DNA of 32,000 nt, from the NCBI RefSeq assembly GCF_002310835.1, contig NZ_CP011041.1:690001-722000 (forward strand), in the 5' to 3' direction. The stretch comes from Pseudoalteromonas tetraodonis. Its GTDB lineage: Bacteria; Pseudomonadota; Gammaproteobacteria; Enterobacterales; Alteromonadaceae. Below, in pieces: positions 7,751 to 17,343 of this stretch. How positions within the stretch are numbered: position 1 is the stretch's first letter; each line of letters opens with the position of its first letter. The notes under the pieces are model-generated. The model was not told the DNA's origin and ran no database searches. It saw only the letters and a program-made list of their open reading frames with translations. The position numbers and the translations under genes were made by a program.

Positions 7751-8752
7751 CTAGGTAATATTAACGACCGATTGGCGTATGACTAATTCGGGCTGAAATA
7801 AAGTTTGAATAGGCTGTACGCTTTTTTGATATACATGGCTCAGTACCCACTGTGCAGCTACTTTTCCCATTTCATCTATTGGGTAATTAATAGTGCTTAA
7901 AGGGGGGTATACATGGCGGGTAAAGAACACGTTATCGTAGCCTATTATTGAAAGTTGTGCGGGTAGTTCAATGCCATGCTCTCTGGCACTGACCATTGCA
8001 CCCGTTGCCATTTCGTCATTGGCGCACACTAAGGCGGTAATGGCGGGGTTATTTTTATAAAGAGCAGAAAATCCTTCGTAGCCGCTATCTTCTATAAAGT
8101 CACCTTCATACAAACTGTTTTCATCAAACTCAATGTCGTGTTCAGCAAGTGCTTGTTTATGTCCGTTTAAACGCTCTTGAGCGTCTTTTTTCCATAAAGG
8201 ACCGCTAATGTAAGCAATGTTTTTGTGACCAGACTCAAGAATGTATTTAGTCGCTAAATAGCCCCCTTTAATATTATCAAGAATAATACAGCGATCGGCG
8301 AGCTCAGGAATATGGCGATTAAGTAAAACAAACGGCGTTTTACCTTTGCTCAGCTTTATTAAATATTCATCGCTAACCGCTTCAACATGCAAAATAAGTG
8401 CATCACAATTACGGCTAATTAAAAACTCTATGCCTTGTTGTTCTCGCTCTGCGTCACTGTGCCCTGCGGTAATAATAACGTGTTTACCTTGTTTTCTGAG
8501 GGTGTTTTCTATGCCGCTCATCATAGGGCCATAAAAAGGACCTTTTAACTCAGAAACCAATAAGCCAGCACTATTAGAGCAATTAGAGGCCAGTGATTGC
8601 GCAATAGAATTTGGGCGGTAGCCTAATTCTTCCATCGCTAAAGTCACTTTTTTTCTGGTTGCATCACTTACGTTTGCATTGTTGTTCATTACTCTTGAAA
8701 CAGTGGCAAGTGATACCCCTGCAAGCTTTGACACCTCATAAATGGTGGCCAT
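7751..8752 (-). CDS. LacI-family transcriptional repressor
   Basis: N-terminal HTH MATIYEVSKLAGVSLATVSRVMNN, followed by a periplasmic-binding-protein-like sugar-binding core. Last gene of the GH1/GPH operon. Confidence 0.92.
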   Translation of the reverse strand: MATIYEVSKLAGVSLATVSRVMNNNANVSDATRKKVTLAMEELGYRPNSIAQSLASNCSNSAGLLVSELKGPFYGPMMSGIENTLRKQGKHVIITAGHSDAEREQQGIEFLISRNCDALILHVEAVSDEYLIKLSKGKTPFVLLNRHIPELADRCIILDNIKGGYLATKYILESGHKNIAYISGPLWKKDAQERLNGHKQALAEHDIEFDENSLYEGDFIEDSGYEGFSALYKNNPAITALVCANDEMATGAMVSAREHGIELPAQLSIIGYDNVFFTRHVYPPLSTINYPIDEMGKVAAQWVLSHVYQKSVQPIQTLFQPELVIRQSVVNIT

Positions 8753-8763
8753 ACTATTCCTTG

Positions 8764-10101
8764 TTACAAATTACTTTTTTGTGTTAAATCGGCGGTGATT
8801 TTTTTTATGGTTTTGTTATCTAAGTTGTATTTAGTCATTATTAAAGCCACAAGTATACTGCCAATAGCAGGGTAGAGTGTAAATGAGGTTAAAATACCGC
8901 TTTTAGTTGCTTCGCTTAATTCTACATTGGCTTGATACTGATAATACGCAAGTAACCAACCCGCTATAGCGCCGCCTAATGCGAGCCCCAATTTGATAAA
9001 AAATACCACGCTTGCATAAACCAAACCTGTGAGTCGTTGACCATTTTGCCAAACTCCGTAGTCAATAGCATCTGCCATTTTTGCCCACAATAAAGGTGTC
9101 GCCATTTGAGTGAAAAAGCACCATAAAAAATACATTAAAAAGGCGAGTAAAACTTGCTCATTAGGGACAAAAAAAGCAAAACAGCTCAATATGGCAGAAA
9201 TATATTGCAGATAAATATAAGCCGTTTTTTTATCTAAGCGTTTACTTAAAGGTTGCGCACACGCACAGCCTATAATATTACCGACCATACCTAAAGTCAC
9301 AAATTCGGTGATTAAATCTTCTTTTCCAAGAACATACTTTACATAGTAAATAGCTAATGTCGTGCGCAGCACCATACTGGTCAATAATATCAGTGCTGCC
9401 ATACACAATATTTTAAACGGCTGATTTTGCCATAAAACGTGAAGTTGTGTTTTTAAAGATAATTTATGTGGTGGATTGATCACCCGCTCTTTGGTGTAAC
9501 GAAAACAAATTAGAAATAACACTACACCTAGGCAACTCATAACCAGCATGGTGAATTGATAGCCCAACTCGTTATTACCCTCCCCAAACCACTTTACTAA
9601 AGGTAAAGTGCAGCTCGTAACCAATAACCCCCCCAGCATGCCAAACACAAATCGATATGATTGAATAGAAACCCGTTCGTTAGGATTGCTACTGAGTACG
9701 CCGCCAAGTGCCGAATAAGGAATGTTAATTGCGGTATAAACCAACATTAGCAAGGTGTAGGTAACGAACGCGTAAATAATTTTGTTGCCGTCATCCATCG
9801 CGGGGGTAGTAAAGGTAATCACGCTTATAACAGCGAAGGGGATGGCAAGCCAAAGTAGATAAGGTCGGTAGCTACCGTATTTTGTATGAGTGGCATCGGT
9901 CAGGGCGCCCATTATTGGGTCTGTAACTGCATCAATGACTCTGACGACTAAAAAAAGGGTACCAACAACAGCAGGCGAAATACCAAAAATGTCGGTGTAG
10001 AAAAAAGTTAAAAATAGCATTACGGTTTGAAAAATAATATTACTGGCCGTATCACCTAGGCCATAAGCTATTTTTTCTTTTTTACTCAGCATAAAAGCCA
10101 C
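8764..10101 (-). CDS. Glycoside-pentoside-hexuronide (GPH):cation symporter family sugar transporter
   Basis: 12-TM-like protein. The N-terminal signature GLGDTASNIIFQ...RVIDAVTDPIMG is typical of the MelB/YicJ (GPH) family. It lies 6 nt after the GH1 stop. Confidence 0.85.
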   Translation of the reverse strand: MAFMLSKKEKIAYGLGDTASNIIFQTVMLFLTFFYTDIFGISPAVVGTLFLVVRVIDAVTDPIMGALTDATHTKYGSYRPYLLWLAIPFAVISVITFTTPAMDDGNKIIYAFVTYTLLMLVYTAINIPYSALGGVLSSNPNERVSIQSYRFVFGMLGGLLVTSCTLPLVKWFGEGNNELGYQFTMLVMSCLGVVLFLICFRYTKERVINPPHKLSLKTQLHVLWQNQPFKILCMAALILLTSMVLRTTLAIYYVKYVLGKEDLITEFVTLGMVGNIIGCACAQPLSKRLDKKTAYIYLQYISAILSCFAFFVPNEQVLLAFLMYFLWCFFTQMATPLLWAKMADAIDYGVWQNGQRLTGLVYASVVFFIKLGLALGGAIAGWLLAYYQYQANVELSEATKSGILTSFTLYPAIGSILVALIMTKYNLDNKTIKKITADLTQKSNL

Positions 10102-10107
10102 TCATTA

Positions 10108-11442
10108 TTATTTTTGGCGCTGTTTAAGAAAATCACGATACGCAATTGCGCTTTGTTTTAAGGTGCGTTGTTGAGTTTGGTAATCAACATAGACTAGCCC
10201 AAAGCGTTTTTCATAGCCATAGGCCCATTCAAAATTATCCATTAAACTCCATGCAAAGTAGCCTTGCACATTAACGCCTTGCTCAACGGCATTATGAACG
10301 GCATTAAGGTGTGTATGGTAGTAATTGATACGATGTATGTCATCTACTTTTCCATCTATTAATACATCGGCCATCGCTGCACCGTTCTCAGTTATATATA
10401 CTTTGGGTAGCGTGTAACGATCATTTAATGAAAGTAGGAGTTCACACAATCCCTGTGGGTATATTTCCCAGCCCATATCAGTGATGGCAATATTCTCTAA
10501 AGGAGCTTCGCTAAACCAATGATCTGGCGTATTTTTGTAATGGATACGAGTATAGTAATTAACCCCTAAAAAATCGATTTTTTGGCTAATTATTGCCATG
10601 TCGCCATTTGCAACATCAGGTTTTGCATCATTTGCAAGCTCCTTAATCACTTCAGGGTAGCGGCCTTCCAGCACTGCCTGAATATACCATTGGTTATGAT
10701 AGTCATCAGCTAATTTAGCAGCGCGTTCATCGTCAGGAGTAAATGGATAGGCAGGGCTAAAATTAAGCACAATACCGGCCTCTATCTTAGGGCAGTTTTT
10801 GCGTATCACTTGCATCGCAAGTCCATGGGCTAGTAGTAAATGGTGCGCCGCTTGGCGTCCTGCTTTTTGACTTTTTATGCCTGGTGCATGTACCCCTATT
10901 TCATAGCCTAGGTAGGCACTACAAAACGGTTCGTTTAAGGTCGCATAAGAATCCACTAAGCCCTCTAGTTGCTGAGTTACTATATGAGCGTAATGAGCAA
11001 ATTGGTAAGCTGTATCGCGGTTGAGCCAACCACCGTTGTCTTCTAAATGTTGTGGCAAATCCCAGTGATATAAAGTGACATAAGTTTTAATATTGCGTGC
11101 TTTAAGGGCCTGTAGTAATGACTTATAGAACGCCATGCCCTGAATGTTTAAACTTCCATCTTGGTGTAAAACGCGGGGCCAAGAAATAGAAAGTCGATAG
11201 GCATCAACGGCTAAATCGGCAATCATTTGAACGTCTTGTTGCCAATATTTTACATGCTCACAGGCGTGATTGCCGTTACTGTTATCTGCAATAGTGTTTG
11301 GTTTGCTACAAAAAGTATCCCAAATACATGGCAATCGCGTGTTGTGGCTTCCCTCTATTTGAAAAGAGGCCGTGGCAACACCAAAAATAAACGGCGATTT
11401 TAAAAGGGCTGACGTGCCTGGCAAATAAATTGTTTTAAACAC
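10108..11442 (-). CDS. GH1 beta-glucosidase (cytoplasmic)
   Basis: GVATASFQIEG N-terminal motif. Acid/base TLNEP. Nucleophile YITENG. No signal peptide. Apparent GTG start at 11442 with AAGGA upstream. Confidence 0.93.
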   Translation of the reverse strand: MFKTIYLPGTSALLKSPFIFGVATASFQIEGSHNTRLPCIWDTFCSKPNTIADNSNGNHACEHVKYWQQDVQMIADLAVDAYRLSISWPRVLHQDGSLNIQGMAFYKSLLQALKARNIKTYVTLYHWDLPQHLEDNGGWLNRDTAYQFAHYAHIVTQQLEGLVDSYATLNEPFCSAYLGYEIGVHAPGIKSQKAGRQAAHHLLLAHGLAMQVIRKNCPKIEAGIVLNFSPAYPFTPDDERAAKLADDYHNQWYIQAVLEGRYPEVIKELANDAKPDVANGDMAIISQKIDFLGVNYYTRIHYKNTPDHWFSEAPLENIAITDMGWEIYPQGLCELLLSLNDRYTLPKVYITENGAAMADVLIDGKVDDIHRINYYHTHLNAVHNAVEQGVNVQGYFAWSLMDNFEWAYGYEKRFGLVYVDYQTQQRTLKQSAIAYRDFLKQRQK

Positions 11443-11521
11443 AATGAGATACGTCCTTAAGCTTGCAATAATAATGCGCTTTACCGTAATTAGCTAAGCA
11501 ATAGAAATTGTATAATACAGC

Positions 11522-11539
11522 AATGTAAGCGCTTACAAT
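11522..11539. promoter_or_regulatory. LacI-family operator O1 (AATGTAAGCGCTTACAAT; perfect 14-bp core TGTAAGCGCTTACA at 11524-11537)
   Basis: Matches the generic LacI/GalR operator pattern TGnAAnCGnTTnCA. It lies just upstream of a minus-strand -10-like TATTAT (plus-strand 11513-11518), about 85 bp before the GH1 start. Confidence 0.7.
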
Positions 11540-11555
11540 ATTATTTGTAAATAAA

Positions 11556-11583
11556 TTGATAAATTTTCTCTGTATGCTATAAA
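11556..11583 (+). promoter_or_regulatory. Candidate sigma-70 promoter of the gluP/GH3 operon (TTGATA-16 nt-TATAAA)
   Basis: -35-like TTGATA at 11556-11561 and -10-like TATAAA at 11578-11583. The -10 overlaps operator O2. Hexamer matching by eye only. Confidence 0.35.
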
Positions 11584-11600
11584 TGTAAGCGCTTACATTT
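11581..11600. promoter_or_regulatory. LacI-family operator O2 (perfect 20-bp palindrome AAATGTAAGCGCTTACATTT)
   Basis: The sequence is its own reverse complement. It has the same 14-bp core as O1, and the two centres are exactly 60 bp apart. It overlaps the candidate -10 and transcription start of the plus-strand operon. Confidence 0.75.
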
Positions 11601-11693
11601 GGTGTTGCAACTATTATCTGCATTTTAAGTTTTACTAAACGCAATTAAATAGAGGTAACAATCTGATAATTATAAATAATTAGAGATTATACT

Positions 11694-12959
11694 ATGGCAC
11701 ATATCACACAGCCACTACCGGCAGCAGAAAACAGCCAAAAACCAGGGTCTACACACACCTTTGCGTTAACATCGCTTACGACCTTGTTTTTTATGTGGGG
11801 TTTTCTTACTTGCCTGAACGATATTTTAATTCCGTATTTAAAGGGAATGTTCTCCCTTAATTACACCCAAGCAATGTTGGTACAATTTTGTTTTTTTGGT
11901 GCCTACTTTGTTATGTCAATTCCTGCAGGAAAACTCGTTAGTAAAATAGGTTACCAATTTGGTATTGTTGTTGGTTTGGTTGTTGCTTCGATAGGGTGTG
12001 CATTATTCTACCCCGCTGCAGAGGCACATGTTTACGAACTATTTTTACTTGCTTTATTTGTGCTTGCTTCAGGGATCACTATTTTACAAGTCTCTGCTAA
12101 CCCTTATGTAAGCGTATTAGGGCCTGCAAAAACAGCGTCTTCGCGTTTAACTATGACCCAAGCTTTTAACTCTTTAGGAACAACGGTTGCGCCATTATTT
12201 GGTAGTTGGTTGATTTTGTCTGAAATTAGTCAAGCTACAGCCGAACAAGTTAAGTTCCCTTACTTAATGCTCAGTGCAAGTTTACTAACACTGGCTATTA
12301 TTTTTGCTTTTTTGAAGTTACCTAAACTCGGTAAAGCGATTGATAGTGAAGCTGAAAATCAAGGTGACACTGAGTTTGTTGACTTAGGCAGTGTTTGGAA
12401 ATATCGCCATCTTATTTTGGGCGCAATTGGTATTTTTGTTTATGTAGGTGCTGAAGTTGCGATTGGTAGCTTTTTAGTCGGCTTTTTAACCCTTGACCAT
12501 ATTGCAGGTTTACCTGAGCAACAAGCTGCACATTATATTAGCTATTATTTTGCAGGTGCAATGATAGGGCGATTTGCTGGCGCTGCGATTATGCAAAAAT
12601 TAAATGCAGCCAAGGTGTTAGCTTGTCATGGTATTTTGGCCGGTGTGTTAGTGTTAATTGCAATGACAGGTCAAGGGTCACTCGCTATGTGGGCTATTTT
12701 ATTGGTTGGTCTGTGTAACTCTATTATGTTCCCTACTATTTTTAGTTTAGCGCTTCAAGGCTTGGGTAAATACACCTCACAGGGGTCGGGTATTTTATGC
12801 TTAGCGATTGTAGGTGGAGCTATTATTCCATTACTACAAGGTATGCTGGCTGACAATATCGGTGTGCAGTTAGCGCTTATACTGCCTATTGGCTGCTATT
12901 TATATATTACTTACTTCGCGCTGTTTGGTGCAAAAAAAACAACGTCAACTCGTCTTTAA
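11694..12959 (+). CDS. gluP: MFS glucose/galactose (GluP/FucP-type) sugar:H+ transporter
   Basis: The N-terminal signature [23 protein letters not shown] is characteristic of the glucose/galactose transporter subfamily. About 12 TM segments. Confidence 0.85.
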   Translation: MAHITQPLPAAENSQKPGSTHTFALTSLTTLFFMWGFLTCLNDILIPYLKGMFSLNYTQAMLVQFCFFGAYFVMSIPAGKLVSKIGYQFGIVVGLVVASIGCALFYPAAEAHVYELFLLALFVLASGITILQVSANPYVSVLGPAKTASSRLTMTQAFNSLGTTVAPLFGSWLILSEISQATAEQVKFPYLMLSASLLTLAIIFAFLKLPKLGKAIDSEAENQGDTEFVDLGSVWKYRHLILGAIGIFVYVGAEVAIGSFLVGFLTLDHIAGLPEQQAAHYISYYFAGAMIGRFAGAAIMQKLNAAKVLACHGILAGVLVLIAMTGQGSLAMWAILLVGLCNSIMFPTIFSLALQGLGKYTSQGSGILCLAIVGGAIIPLLQGMLADNIGVQLALILPIGCYLYITYFALFGAKKTTSTRL

Positions 12960-12975
12960 GTTTTAGGTGAATGCT

Positions 12976-15492
12976 ATGATTATTAAACGAACTTTTTCAG
13001 TCACTGCTCTGATGCTAGCAGCAATAACCAGCAGCGGTTGTTCGCAACCCTCTAACAGTGCTAGCGATGCGACAAATCAAAAAGAAATTTGGCCAACAAT
13101 AGAAACCGGTATTAAAAGCGATGCTCAAATGGAGCAAAAAATCGCAGATATGTTAAAGAGCATGACGCTAGAGCAAAAAATAGCGCAAATGATCCAACCT
13201 GAAATTCGTCACATTACGGTTGAAGATATGCGTAAATATGGCTTTGGCTCCTATTTAAACGGCGGTGGCTCGTTTCCAAATAACAATAAACATGCAACCC
13301 CCGAAGACTGGGTTGATTTAGCTGAAAAGATGTATCAAGCGTCTATTGATGATTCCCTCGATGGCAGCACGATCCCTACAATGTGGGGCACTGATGCGGT
13401 ACATGGACACAACAATGTGATTGGTGCGACTTTATTTCCGCATAATATTGGTTTAGGGGCGGCGAACAACCCTGAACTTATTGAAAAAATTGCCGCAGCA
13501 ACGGCGCGTGAAGTTATGGTTACCGGTATTGACTGGGTATTTGCACCTACGGTTGCCGTAGTGCGAGATGATCGTTGGGGTCGTACTTACGAGGGGTATT
13601 CTGAAGACCCTGAAATAGTAAAAGCATATTCAGCCTCAATTGTTAAAGGCTTACAAGGCGCTGTTGATGAAGACTTTTTATCAGATACGCGGGTAGTCAG
13701 TACGGTTAAGCATTTTTTAGGTGATGGCGGTACTGTGAATGGCGATGATCAAGGTAATAATATCGCCTCTGAAGAAGAATTATTTGCGCTTCATGCTCAA
13801 GGTTATGTTGGTGGTTTGGGTGCAGGTGCACAAACGGTAATGGCCTCGTTTAATAGCTGGCATGGTGAAAAAATTCACGGCAGTAAATATTTACTGACCG
13901 ATGTGCTTAAAGATAAAATGGGTTTTGATGGCTTTGTTGTCGGTGACTGGAATGGCCACGGGCAGGTTAAAGGTTGTTCTAATAGTAACTGTGCTCAAGC
14001 GGCTAATGCGGGCTTAGACGTATACATGGCACCGGATGAGTGGAAACCATTATTTAGCAACTTGGTTAACCAAGCTAATAGCGGTGAAATCCCACTCAGT
14101 AGAATTAATGATGCAGTAACGCGTATTTTACGCGTTAAAATGCGTGCAGGGTTATTTGATAAACCAAGCCCTGCGAAGCGTCCCCTGTCTGGAAAAACTG
14201 AAATTATTGGTAGTAGCGATCACCGTGCAGTGGCTAAACAGGCTGTACGCGAGTCTTTAGTATTACTTAAAAATAAGCAGCAGTTACTGCCATTATCACC
14301 TAAAACCAACGTATTAGTCGCAGGCATAGGGGCTGATAACATAGGTATGCAGTCGGGTGGTTGGAGTGTTACGTGGCAAGGTACAGATAATAAAAACAGT
14401 GATTTTCCTGGTGGCAGCTCTATTTATGCAGGTATTAAAGATACTGTAGAGCAAGCTGGTGGCAGTGCAGCGCTGAGCGTTGAAGGGGAATATACAGCAC
14501 GCCCTGATGTCGCCATTGTTGTATTTGGCGAGCAGCCATATGCAGAGGGTAATGGTGATGTTGATAACCTTGAATACCAGCGCGGTAATAAAAGCGACTT
14601 AGCGCTACTGCGTAAGTTTAAAGATGCGGGAATTCCTGTTGTTTCATTATTCATAAGTGGTCGCCCTATGTGGGTTAATGCTGAGCTTAACGCCAGTGAT
14701 GCGTTCGTTGCTATTTGGCTTCCAGGTAGTGAAGGCGATGCAATTAGCGATGTATTGTTTAAAAATGCAGACGGCTCTACTAATCATGACTTTAAAGGCA
14801 AGCTATCTTTTTCATGGCCGAATAACCCAATCGATAATGAAAACAGTAACGACGAAGCTTACAGCCCATTACTTCCTTATGGTTTTGGTTTAACTTACAA
14901 CGATAGTAATGTCTTAAAAGATAACTTGGTGGAGCAAACTCAACAGGCTGAAAAACTGGATGATTTAGTATTGTTTGAGCGTGCAATTAAAGCTCCGTGG
15001 TCACTGGTTTTAAAAAGTGGTGAGCAACAAAAAACGGTGGCGAGCAGTCGCGAGTCATTAGGTGCGGTGAGCATCCAAACATTTGATAAAGAGGTGCAAG
15101 AAGATGCACGCGCTATTCGTTTTAATGGCCAAGCACTGGCTGGCGTTAATTTAGCCGCTGCGTTTCCATCTGACTTACGTTCATACGTTGAAAACAATGG
15201 TCAGCTGCAAATACAAATTAAACTAGATAAAGCCGCGGCTAGTCCGTTATGGGTTGGTATGGGGTGTGGTGAGAGTTGTCAGGGTAAGTTTGATATTACT
15301 GATAACCTTGAGCAATCAGGTCAATGGCAAACATTAAACATCAACTTAAGTTGTTTTGCAGAGCAAGGTGTTGACTTAGCACAAGTGTTCACCCCTTGGC
15401 AGTTAAGCACGCAAGGTGATTGGCATGTATCTATTGCTAAGCTGGCTATTACAGCAAATGCTGTCGAGCAAAGTAGTGTTACTTGTAAGTAG
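12976..15492 (+). CDS. Exported GH3 beta-glucosidase / exo-beta-1,3/1,4-glucanase with an extra C-terminal domain (ExoP-like architecture)
   Basis: Signal peptide ending AAITSSGC (possible lipoprotein). GH3 motifs KHFLGDGG and the nucleophile region GFDGFVVGDWNG. About 840 aa with roughly 200 aa beyond the two GH3 core domains, as I recall for Pseudoalteromonas ExoP. The track starts at GTG 12967. ATG 12976 lies 5 nt after AGGTGA and is preferred. Confidence 0.9.
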   Translation: MIIKRTFSVTALMLAAITSSGCSQPSNSASDATNQKEIWPTIETGIKSDAQMEQKIADMLKSMTLEQKIAQMIQPEIRHITVEDMRKYGFGSYLNGGGSFPNNNKHATPEDWVDLAEKMYQASIDDSLDGSTIPTMWGTDAVHGHNNVIGATLFPHNIGLGAANNPELIEKIAAATAREVMVTGIDWVFAPTVAVVRDDRWGRTYEGYSEDPEIVKAYSASIVKGLQGAVDEDFLSDTRVVSTVKHFLGDGGTVNGDDQGNNIASEEELFALHAQGYVGGLGAGAQTVMASFNSWHGEKIHGSKYLLTDVLKDKMGFDGFVVGDWNGHGQVKGCSNSNCAQAANAGLDVYMAPDEWKPLFSNLVNQANSGEIPLSRINDAVTRILRVKMRAGLFDKPSPAKRPLSGKTEIIGSSDHRAVAKQAVRESLVLLKNKQQLLPLSPKTNVLVAGIGADNIGMQSGGWSVTWQGTDNKNSDFPGGSSIYAGIKDTVEQAGGSAALSVEGEYTARPDVAIVVFGEQPYAEGNGDVDNLEYQRGNKSDLALLRKFKDAGIPVVSLFISGRPMWVNAELNASDAFVAIWLPGSEGDAISDVLFKNADGSTNHDFKGKLSFSWPNNPIDNENSNDEAYSPLLPYGFGLTYNDSNVLKDNLVEQTQQAEKLDDLVLFERAIKAPWSLVLKSGEQQKTVASSRESLGAVSIQTFDKEVQEDARAIRFNGQALAGVNLAAAFPSDLRSYVENNGQLQIQIKLDKAAASPLWVGMGCGESCQGKFDITDNLEQSGQWQTLNINLSCFAEQGVDLAQVFTPWQLSTQGDWHVSIAKLAITANAVEQSSVTCK

Positions 15493-15515
15493 TCAATAAT
15501 CTATTAATAAGCATC

Positions 15516-15546
15516 AATAAGCAGGTACTAAATGTACCTGCTTATT
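15516..15546 (+). terminator. Hairpin after the GH3 gene (13-bp perfect stem AATAAGCAGGTAC / GTACCTGCTTATT, loop TAAAT)
   Basis: Perfect inverted repeat 24 nt after the stop codon. The T-tract is weak (TTGCTTT), so intrinsic termination is plausible but not certain. Confidence 0.5.
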
Positions 15547-15734
15547 GCTTTAAAACCGCGTATACAAAAACCTGCCAAATTAGTCCCTTCTTACTTTCAT
15601 TCCATTCTATGTGATTGATTATATTCAGCTCAATAGTTATCATAAAAACATAATAAAACTGCATTCGCTTTTGCGTTAATTATTTGAGAGTATGCCGAAA
15701 TATTAAACGCGTTATGTAATTAACAGGTGAGAAA

Positions 15735-16355
15735 ATGAATCAAATAAAGCTGGCTTCGCAGAACATACAGCCTTCAAAAATAGTCTGTGTGGGGCGCAAT
15801 TACAGTGCGCATATTGCTGAATTAAACAACGAACACCCTGAGCAAATGGTAATTTTTAATAAGCCTAATAGCGCGATCACTAATACCTTACTCTCTTCCC
15901 ATAACGGTGATACGTTGCATTATGAAACTGAATTATGCTTTGTGGTTAAAAATAAACAACTTGTGGGCGTAGCGATTGGACTTGATTTGACTAAGCGAGC
16001 TTTGCAAAGCAGTTTAAAAGAAAAGGGCTTGCCGTGGGAACGTGCTAAAGCATTCGATGGCTCAGCATTATTTAGTGATTTTATTGAGTTAACGCCAGAA
16101 ATGACATCGTTTATATTTGAATTACATATTGATGGCAAGCCGGTTCAACATGGTGATAGCCAACTTATGTTGCACCAACCTGCACAAATATTGGCTGAGG
16201 TTAGTCAGTTTATGAGCCTCGAAGAAGGCGACATTATTATGACTGGCACGCCTGCTGGCGTAGGGATGGTTAGTACTGGACGAGAGTTCAACGTTGCTCT
16301 TTATTCTGGTCAGCAGTGTTTATTGGAGCATCATTGGTCTGTGAGTCAAAGTTAA
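15735..16355 (+). CDS. Fumarylacetoacetate hydrolase (FAH) family protein (YcgM-like)
   Basis: KIVCVGRNYSAHIAE N-terminal motif and GDIIMTGTPAGVG near the C-terminus. AGGTGA SD. Confidence 0.82.
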   Translation: MNQIKLASQNIQPSKIVCVGRNYSAHIAELNNEHPEQMVIFNKPNSAITNTLLSSHNGDTLHYETELCFVVKNKQLVGVAIGLDLTKRALQSSLKEKGLPWERAKAFDGSALFSDFIELTPEMTSFIFELHIDGKPVQHGDSQLMLHQPAQILAEVSQFMSLEEGDIIMTGTPAGVGMVSTGREFNVALYSGQQCLLEHHWSVSQS

Positions 16356-17220
16356 TTATGTGTTGATAATATTGTTTATCAAAATTATCGATATGTTCAC
16401 TTAGCCAGTGTCGCTGGCTTAGTTGATGAGCCGCTGATTCTAGTATGGCACTTTCTAATGCCGCATTAATTTTCTTAATTGCCTGATTAGCAAAATCATT
16501 AGGCGCATTAGTCGCACAGCCTACAGCTCCTTTGATTAATGAGCGCGTATTTTGAGCTATGGGTATACTAACGATTTTTATAGGGTGTTGTTGCTGGTTA
16601 AAGTAACTGGCCATAAAAGGGTAATCGAGCGAGTAGTCTAAAAAGCCATGCCTCAACCTATCGATCACAACGCCACTCTCATTATCACTACTTAAGCTCA
16701 AGGACACGTTATGATGGCTCAAAGAGTTTTCAATAATCATATTTATGTGTGGTGAAAAACGTCGTGCTGCGGCTTGTCCATAGGTAAAGCGTTCATCGCT
16801 AAGTAAACTAATTAAATTTATAGGATTACCATGTGCTTTAGTAAGTGTTTCTGCTTTTTGGTTAGTTGTAATAATACTAAACTCAGGGTAGATAGAGGTA
16901 GGACGTGAGTATGTATAGACTTCGTTGGTGCTCTTTTTATGGATTACGCATGGAAAGCAGACATTTTTGCCTTCTTTGATATATTTATTAATTCGTTTTT
17001 GTGGAACAAATAATCGAGTATGTTTTACATCCTTTATACTACTGATTAGTTGCTTAGTTAAATTATCACACAAGCCCATTTGAGTATTCTCTGAGTCTAA
17101 GTGAAAAGGTGGTGTGTTGCTTTGTAGCCATAAAATTTCAGTGAGCTGATTTTTAGATTGGCTAATACTGTTACTCGAGAATATTAAAAATAGCAGGCAG
17201 AAATAACGAGCTGTATCCAT
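16288..17220 (-). CDS. Secreted/periplasmic protein, possibly type-3 solute-binding-protein-like; function unknown
   Basis: N-terminal signal peptide (YFCLLFLIFSSNSISQ). Size and pattern resemble orphan transporter-substrate-binding-domain proteins of marine gammaproteobacteria. No adjacent permease or ATPase gene. The functional call is weak. Confidence 0.4.
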   Translation of the reverse strand: MDTARYFCLLFLIFSSNSISQSKNQLTEILWLQSNTPPFHLDSENTQMGLCDNLTKQLISSIKDVKHTRLFVPQKRINKYIKEGKNVCFPCVIHKKSTNEVYTYSRPTSIYPEFSIITTNQKAETLTKAHGNPINLISLLSDERFTYGQAAARRFSPHINMIIENSLSHHNVSLSLSSDNESGVVIDRLRHGFLDYSLDYPFMASYFNQQQHPIKIVSIPIAQNTRSLIKGAVGCATNAPNDFANQAIKKINAALESAILESAAHQLSQRHWLSEHIDNFDKQYYQHIINFDSQTNDAPINTADQNKEQR

Positions 17221-17343
17221 AAAAAGCTGATAATTCTTTATTAAATGACTGTATTTAATTATACCTTAGCGCTTAAAAAATAAACATAAAGAATAGCAAA
17301 GAATCAACATTATTGAATAACATTTACCCTTTGCTTGATTTCA

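Noticed and set aside
8346-8534. Short antisense or alternate-frame ORFs inside longer genes: 8346-8534, 14424-15197 (group), 15920-16138, 17744-17986, 19349-19585, 19678-19998, 21065-21283, 22240-22649, 23259-23477, 24952-25140, 25952-26164, 26834-27124, 27997-28206 and 29319-29756
   Set aside because: Each is nested within or antisense to a gene with clear family motifs. None has a convincing SD or domain signature.
11435-11644. 69-aa minus-strand ORF covering the divergent bgl control region
   Set aside because: It runs through both LacI operators and the promoter hexamers, overlaps the GH1 start and shows no protein-like features. The region is better explained as regulatory DNA.
15533-15619. 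28-codon ORF (MYLLIALKPRIQKPAKLVPSYFHSILCD) after the GH3 gene
   Set aside because: Its start codon lies inside the terminator hairpin stem, it has no SD, and it is very short.
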